Assembly: GCA_046497275.1 (NCBI GenBank)
Contig: JAWOFX010000064.1
Location: 12,447 to 44,446 of the forward strand
Direction: 5' to 3'
DNA length: 32,000 bases
Source: Promethearchaeia archaeon
GTDB lineage: Archaea > Asgardarchaeota > Lokiarchaeia > Sigyniarchaeales > SOKP01
Both the position numbers and the translations under genes were made by a program. Under the pieces are notes generated by a model. That model was not told the DNA's origin. It saw nothing but the letters and a program-made list of their open reading frames with translations, and did not search any database. Below, piece after piece: positions 27,961-32,000 of the stretch (within the stretch, counting starts at the first letter, position 1; each line of letters starts with the position of its first letter).

Positions 27961-28650
27961 ATGGTTCGTTTTACAGCAGATCATAAAGTATACATAAAAA
28001 TTCTCTATTGGGGAATGGGTGGATCGGGAAAAACAACGATCGTTGATACTTTATATCGATTAACTAAAGAAAATAAGAAAGATATAGAGCCAACTGGAAA
28101 TTTAACAAAAATTTCTATGGCTAGTGGATCAACTTTATATTTTGATCGAGGTATTTTTCAATCAACAAAGCAAAGAAAAGTCTTTTACCATGTTTATACA
28201 GTTGCAGGTCAAAATAGATTTTCTCCATTAAGAAAGAAAATATTTAAAGGAACTGATGGTGTGATTTTCACAGTTGATTCCCAAACACATTTTTTTGAGG
28301 ATAATATTGAATCTTTAAAAGAATTGAAAAATGTCACCAGAGGAAAATTGATTAACGAGATCCCCTTAATTGTTATGTTAAATAAACAAGATCTTACGGA
28401 AGTTATTGGTGAAGAAGACTTTAAACAAATCTTAAAAGATGAAAAACTTTGGTATGAGCCAGATAATGAATTATATATTTGGAATCCAATAATTTATAAG
28501 ACTTGTGCTTTATGGGACAAGAAAAAGGATATTTATAAAAGTTTTAGTGAATGTGCGAGAAGAACGGTTCTCTATCAGATTTATGGAAATGGGAGCGCTC
28601 CTGTTGGAGATGATTACTCTAAATCCTCTGAGGATTTAGATAAATTTTAA
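27961..28650 (+). CDS. MglA/Arf-like small GTPase
   Basis: KILYWGMGGSGKTT, STLYFD, TVAGQ, NKQD and TCAL motifs. Confidence 0.92.
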   Translation: MVRFTADHKVYIKILYWGMGGSGKTTIVDTLYRLTKENKKDIEPTGNLTKISMASGSTLYFDRGIFQSTKQRKVFYHVYTVAGQNRFSPLRKKIFKGTDGVIFTVDSQTHFFEDNIESLKELKNVTRGKLINEIPLIVMLNKQDLTEVIGEEDFKQILKDEKLWYEPDNELYIWNPIIYKTCALWDKKKDIYKSFSECARRTVLYQIYGNGSAPVGDDYSKSSEDLDKF

Positions 28651-28746
28651 GTCTTTGTAAATCTTTTAAAAGCGTTGATAAAATTTATTTTGGATAAACG
28701 CTTATATTTTATATATTAACTGAAGAGGGATTCCCAAGGTTATAAA

Positions 28747-28819
28747 AATTCTATGAAATAATTAGACAAGCTTGACCTACAATAAGTAGGAATGAAAGAT
28801 TATAGTTACTTTGAGGATT
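28747..28819 (+). ncRNA. Dual-guide box C/D-like sRNA with variant boxes
   Basis: C ATGAAAT (28753), 12-nt guide, D' TTGA (28772), stem CCTAC/GTAGG, C' ATGAAAG (28792), 12-nt guide, D TTGA (28811), terminal stem AATTC/GGATT. The D guide is antisense to LSU helix 69; TATA-like TTTATATA at 28708. Confidence 0.8.
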
Positions 28820-28930
28820 ATTAAAACCTTAACCCTCTCTCTTTAATTTATTATATATTTAATTGTGAAATGATAATTTTTTTAATTTTTGGAATTTTTA
28901 TTTAATAAATAAAATAATTGTGGAAACAAA

Positions 28931-29110
28931 ATGGGTTTATTTAATAATATAAAAGATAAATTGCCTAAACAATTCTCTATTTTTCAATTTATGATTGTTC
29001 TTGGAATTGGCGCCTCGAAAGTAAGAATAGCTAGAAATTTACTTAAACAATTTCATCAGAAAGGATATATAAAGAGAATAGGTAAAAATATGTATGAAAA
29101 AATAAAATAA
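28931..29110 (+). CDS. Small winged-helix protein, 59 aa (absent from the ORF track)
   Basis: Manual translation: MGLFNNIKDKLPKQFSIFQFMIVLGIGASKVRIARNLLKQFHQKGYIKRIGKNMYEKIK. Confidence 0.7.
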   Translation: MGLFNNIKDKLPKQFSIFQFMIVLGIGASKVRIARNLLKQFHQKGYIKRIGKNMYEKIK

Positions 29111-29121
29111 TATTTCTAAAA

Positions 29122-29703
29122 TTAAGTTTTAAGTATTAAATTCGGGAATATTGCACCTAATATTTTTTGAAATGAATCATATATTCCTTCTCCAGAAATA
29201 GCAATAGTGTTTTGAAATGATATCTGGTTGAAATCGTCAATTCCCAACTCAGAAATGAAACTTTCTTGTTTTAATTTGTCCTCTTTTTTTAAATCATTTT
29301 TATTAAAAGCTATCAATACTGGGATTTTATACAGTTCATTTCCAAAGAAAAATTTTAATTCTTCCCATGAACGTAAATTTCTTTTAAAATTCCTTTCATT
29401 AGAATCTACTACAAATATAATTCCATCCACACCTCTGAGTGTCGCTGGTCTAGTACTGATATAAAAATCTTGACCTGTGGCAGAATATACTAATAATTTT
29501 AAATTCCATTCTTTACCGCTAAAAATTAAAGTTCCAAAATCAAAAAATAATGTTCTTCCCACAGAATTTTCTATTGATTTTAAATTATGTTTTTTATTAT
29601 AAAAATCAAATAAATATTTAATAGAGGTCGTTTTCCCTGACATAGCGGGGCCATAAAATACTATTTTTACTTGGATTATTTTTTTCTCATAATCATAAAT
29701 CAT
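29122..29703 (-). CDS. MglA-like small GTPase
   Basis: KIVFYGPAMSGKTT, GRTLFFDF, SATGQ, NKND and TIA motifs. Confidence 0.92.
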   Translation of the reverse strand: MIYDYEKKIIQVKIVFYGPAMSGKTTSIKYLFDFYNKKHNLKSIENSVGRTLFFDFGTLIFSGKEWNLKLLVYSATGQDFYISTRPATLRGVDGIIFVVDSNERNFKRNLRSWEELKFFFGNELYKIPVLIAFNKNDLKKEDKLKQESFISELGIDDFNQISFQNTIAISGEGIYDSFQKILGAIFPNLILKT

Positions 29704-29706
29704 TTT

Positions 29707-30603
29707 TTAACCCCAAAAAGACTGAATTTTTTCTCCTAAAAGTGTTAATTTATTATTTTCAATTAAATTGGTAAAGTCTTCACCCCATTCATTTTGTATA
29801 AATGACAATATCCTTTCAATGGGTGCCTCTTCATAGTCAATTGTTTCTAATAAGGTTCTACTTCCAATCATAGATTGCAACTGCATTTGGTTTATTAATT
29901 TTAACTTCAACAAGATGAAAAAAGCCCTTTTAGCACCAGAATAAAAGCTTTGAATTTCTTTATTAAAGATATTTCTTTTTATTTCCTTTTTTTCTAATTC
30001 AAAATTAAGTAAAGCTTCTTCTAATTCAATATCTATCTTATTTTTTCTCAATTCTTCAGATAAGACCCTTTTCATTTTATTAATTGATTTTTCCGTATCC
30101 TTTGAAACTTTTTGAAAAATGCTTTCTTCGATATAAAGATTTAAGATTTTTTTATTCATTATGTTGGTAATAACTTCTGTATTTCCATTCTTTAAAAATA
30201 ACTCTATATGATCTTTTGTTTTATTACTAATTCTCTCTTGTATTATTTTTAAATCTCTTTTTGAATCTGGGAGTCGGATTCCTATTATTATGGATTCAAG
30301 AGTGTCAAATTCCTCAATTAATATAGAGGAAACATTAGCAAGACATCTTATTTGAATCCTTGCACAATTATAATCATTATATTCATTTAAAATAAGGTCT
30401 TCATACTCTTGTTTAGAAATAAAATCGGTATAATATACAAATTCTTTTCTAAATTTTATCAAATCCATTAATTCGTTTATTAATTCATTTATATCCTCTG
30501 AAACCTTGCCAAAAACAATTATTGGTATCCTATTCAAAAGCGAGTAGAGAATTAAAGCCCTATTCTCTTTTCCTAATTTATCAAAAAATTTGAAAATATC
30601 CAT
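29707..30603 (-). CDS. Hypothetical protein, candidate cDENN/dDENN-like
   Basis: The CDS is clear. The DENN resemblance (LILYSLLNRIPIIVFG; ESIIIGI) is by eye only. Confidence 0.6.
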   Translation of the reverse strand: MDIFKFFDKLGKENRALILYSLLNRIPIIVFGKVSEDINELINELMDLIKFRKEFVYYTDFISKQEYEDLILNEYNDYNCARIQIRCLANVSSILIEEFDTLESIIIGIRLPDSKRDLKIIQERISNKTKDHIELFLKNGNTEVITNIMNKKILNLYIEESIFQKVSKDTEKSINKMKRVLSEELRKNKIDIELEEALLNFELEKKEIKRNIFNKEIQSFYSGAKRAFFILLKLKLINQMQLQSMIGSRTLLETIDYEEAPIERILSFIQNEWGEDFTNLIENNKLTLLGEKIQSFWG

Positions 30604-30616
30604 CTTAAATCCTATA

Positions 30617-31630
30617 CTATTTGATTACTAGTTCTCCAATTAGATTCTTTATATCAAATACTCTTTCTTTTTGATTTCTTTTTGCATTTTGGATCAATTT
30701 ATCTAATTTATTCAAAAATTGAGGTAAATATAATCTAATTAACCCTAATTTTTGGCGTGATTTACCCACTTCGGAACTAAAAACAGCATTGTTTATCTCA
30801 TAAATGAAATGAAATGAATTCGTACAGTCTAATAAAATATTTTCAGCAGTCATTTTCTTTAAGGCCCACGCACATCTATTAGCAGTTTGAAAAAGTGAAT
30901 AACTCATAGCAGATATATTGTCTATTTCATTTTCATCAAAATAGGTTTTTCTCAATATTTTATTTATTATAAAACCCCCCTCTAATGATAATAATGCATA
31001 TTTTAAATCTAGAATAGTTAATGAAAAATTATTCAAGATTTTATTTAATTCCCAAGATAATTGCTCTGAGATATCCAATGAAAATGATGATAGTTTAACA
31101 CTTTCTTCATTATTTTTCTTTATACTAAAACTTTCCAAAATATCTCTAATTTTTGTGCTATTAAACTCAATAAGAGGAGGTTTAAAAGATTCACCTGAAG
31201 TTATTAAAGTTGTTTTGATATTTTTTAAGCATTCATTGGTCTGTAAGAAAATCCCTCCTAAATTTACATTTGGTTGAGCTGTAATGGCAATAAAAAACTC
31301 GTGATTATCTTCGATTATTCCTTGTTTCTCCAAAATTTTATTCAAAGAACTATGAATTGGATTATTTAGAGGTGCAATTAATATTTTTGCCTTTTTACCT
31401 TCAATCAAAATATATTTAAGATCATCAGGATGTAAGTTGATTCCAACATTAAATATTGCACTAGCTGCTGAACTGACATTAAATATCTCCTCCTTAGAAA
31501 ACCAAACTCCAGCAGACTGAATTGGATTCCCATCTCTTTGAGTTAAAACTGCATTTTCGACCCCTTTTAATTGTTTTATTTGATCCAAGTGTATTTTAAT
31601 TTTTTCTTTGAGATTCATATTTATCAGCAT
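30617..31630 (-). CDS. Tandem Roadblock/LC7 (MglB-like) domain protein
   Basis: N-domain GVENAVLTQRDGNPI...SSAASAIF...ILIEGKKAKILI; C-domain YALLSLEGGFII...ISAMSYSLF...ILLDCTNSFHFI. Confidence 0.88.
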   Translation of the reverse strand: MLINMNLKEKIKIHLDQIKQLKGVENAVLTQRDGNPIQSAGVWFSKEEIFNVSSAASAIFNVGINLHPDDLKYILIEGKKAKILIAPLNNPIHSSLNKILEKQGIIEDNHEFFIAITAQPNVNLGGIFLQTNECLKNIKTTLITSGESFKPPLIEFNSTKIRDILESFSIKKNNEESVKLSSFSLDISEQLSWELNKILNNFSLTILDLKYALLSLEGGFIINKILRKTYFDENEIDNISAMSYSLFQTANRCAWALKKMTAENILLDCTNSFHFIYEINNAVFSSEVGKSRQKLGLIRLYLPQFLNKLDKLIQNAKRNQKERVFDIKNLIGELVIK

Positions 31631-31718
31631 TTTTAAAAAGATGTATAATTATTTTGCAAGAAATCTTTTTAAACTACAAGAATATTTATAGCCCTCTAAT
31701 ATGGATAAAATAAAAAAA

Positions 31719-31726
31719 TTTATAAT
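31719..31726 (+). promoter_or_regulatory. Probable rRNA promoter TATA box (TTTATAAT)
   Basis: A-rich BRE-like run upstream; the structured, GC-richer leader begins about 30 nt downstream. Confidence 0.5.
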
Positions 31727-31756
31727 CAATCAATATATTATTATTATTGCAATAAA

Positions 31757-32000
<244 letters not shown>

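Noticed and set aside
28750-28820. Eukaryote-like SECIS element (AUGA...GA core)
   Set aside because: No 11-13 bp stem II with an apical AAR loop, and the upstream gene has no in-frame TGA; the C/D layout with rRNA antisense fits better.
28917-28936. ORB-like TGGAAACAAAATGGG
   Set aside because: Single half-match overlapping the start codon of the 59-aa ORF; no repeated ORBs seen there or next to cdc6.
27254-29464. ORFs 27254-27628 and 29228-29464
   Set aside because: Antisense shadows with the F/S/L-rich composition typical of reverse-frame artefacts.

Overview
Very AT-rich archaeal window. The gene content points to an Asgard archaeon, probably Lokiarchaeia (inference from MglA-like GTPases, a tandem roadblock protein, V4R, two TFB paralogues and the archaeal 16S 5' end). 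It is mostly housekeeping: TFB, class I LysRS, ABCE1, rpl3-rpl4-rpl23, rps17e, Cdc6/Orc1, tRNA-Ile(GAT), tRNA-Glu(CTC) with a D-arm intron, and the start of a 16S rRNA gene. Three less ordinary systems are embedded. (1) An unannotated dual-guide box C/D-like sRNA (28747-28819) with covarying non-canonical boxes (AUGAAA/UUGA). Its D guide predicts 2'-O-methylation of LSU rRNA A1913, the site of yeast Am2256. (2) A dispersed Tad/type IV pilus-like kit: Flp-like pilin, Cys-rich secretion ATPase, leaderless pilin-like protein, TadB/C-like platform, and a prepilin peptidase that apparently needs an ATT start and lies in the cdc6 operon. (3) An operon of tandem roadblock, candidate DENN-like protein and MglA-like GTPase, facing a second GTPase that lacks the catalytic Arg. 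No CRISPR array or mobile element was seen. All family assignments are by motif recognition only; no searches were run.
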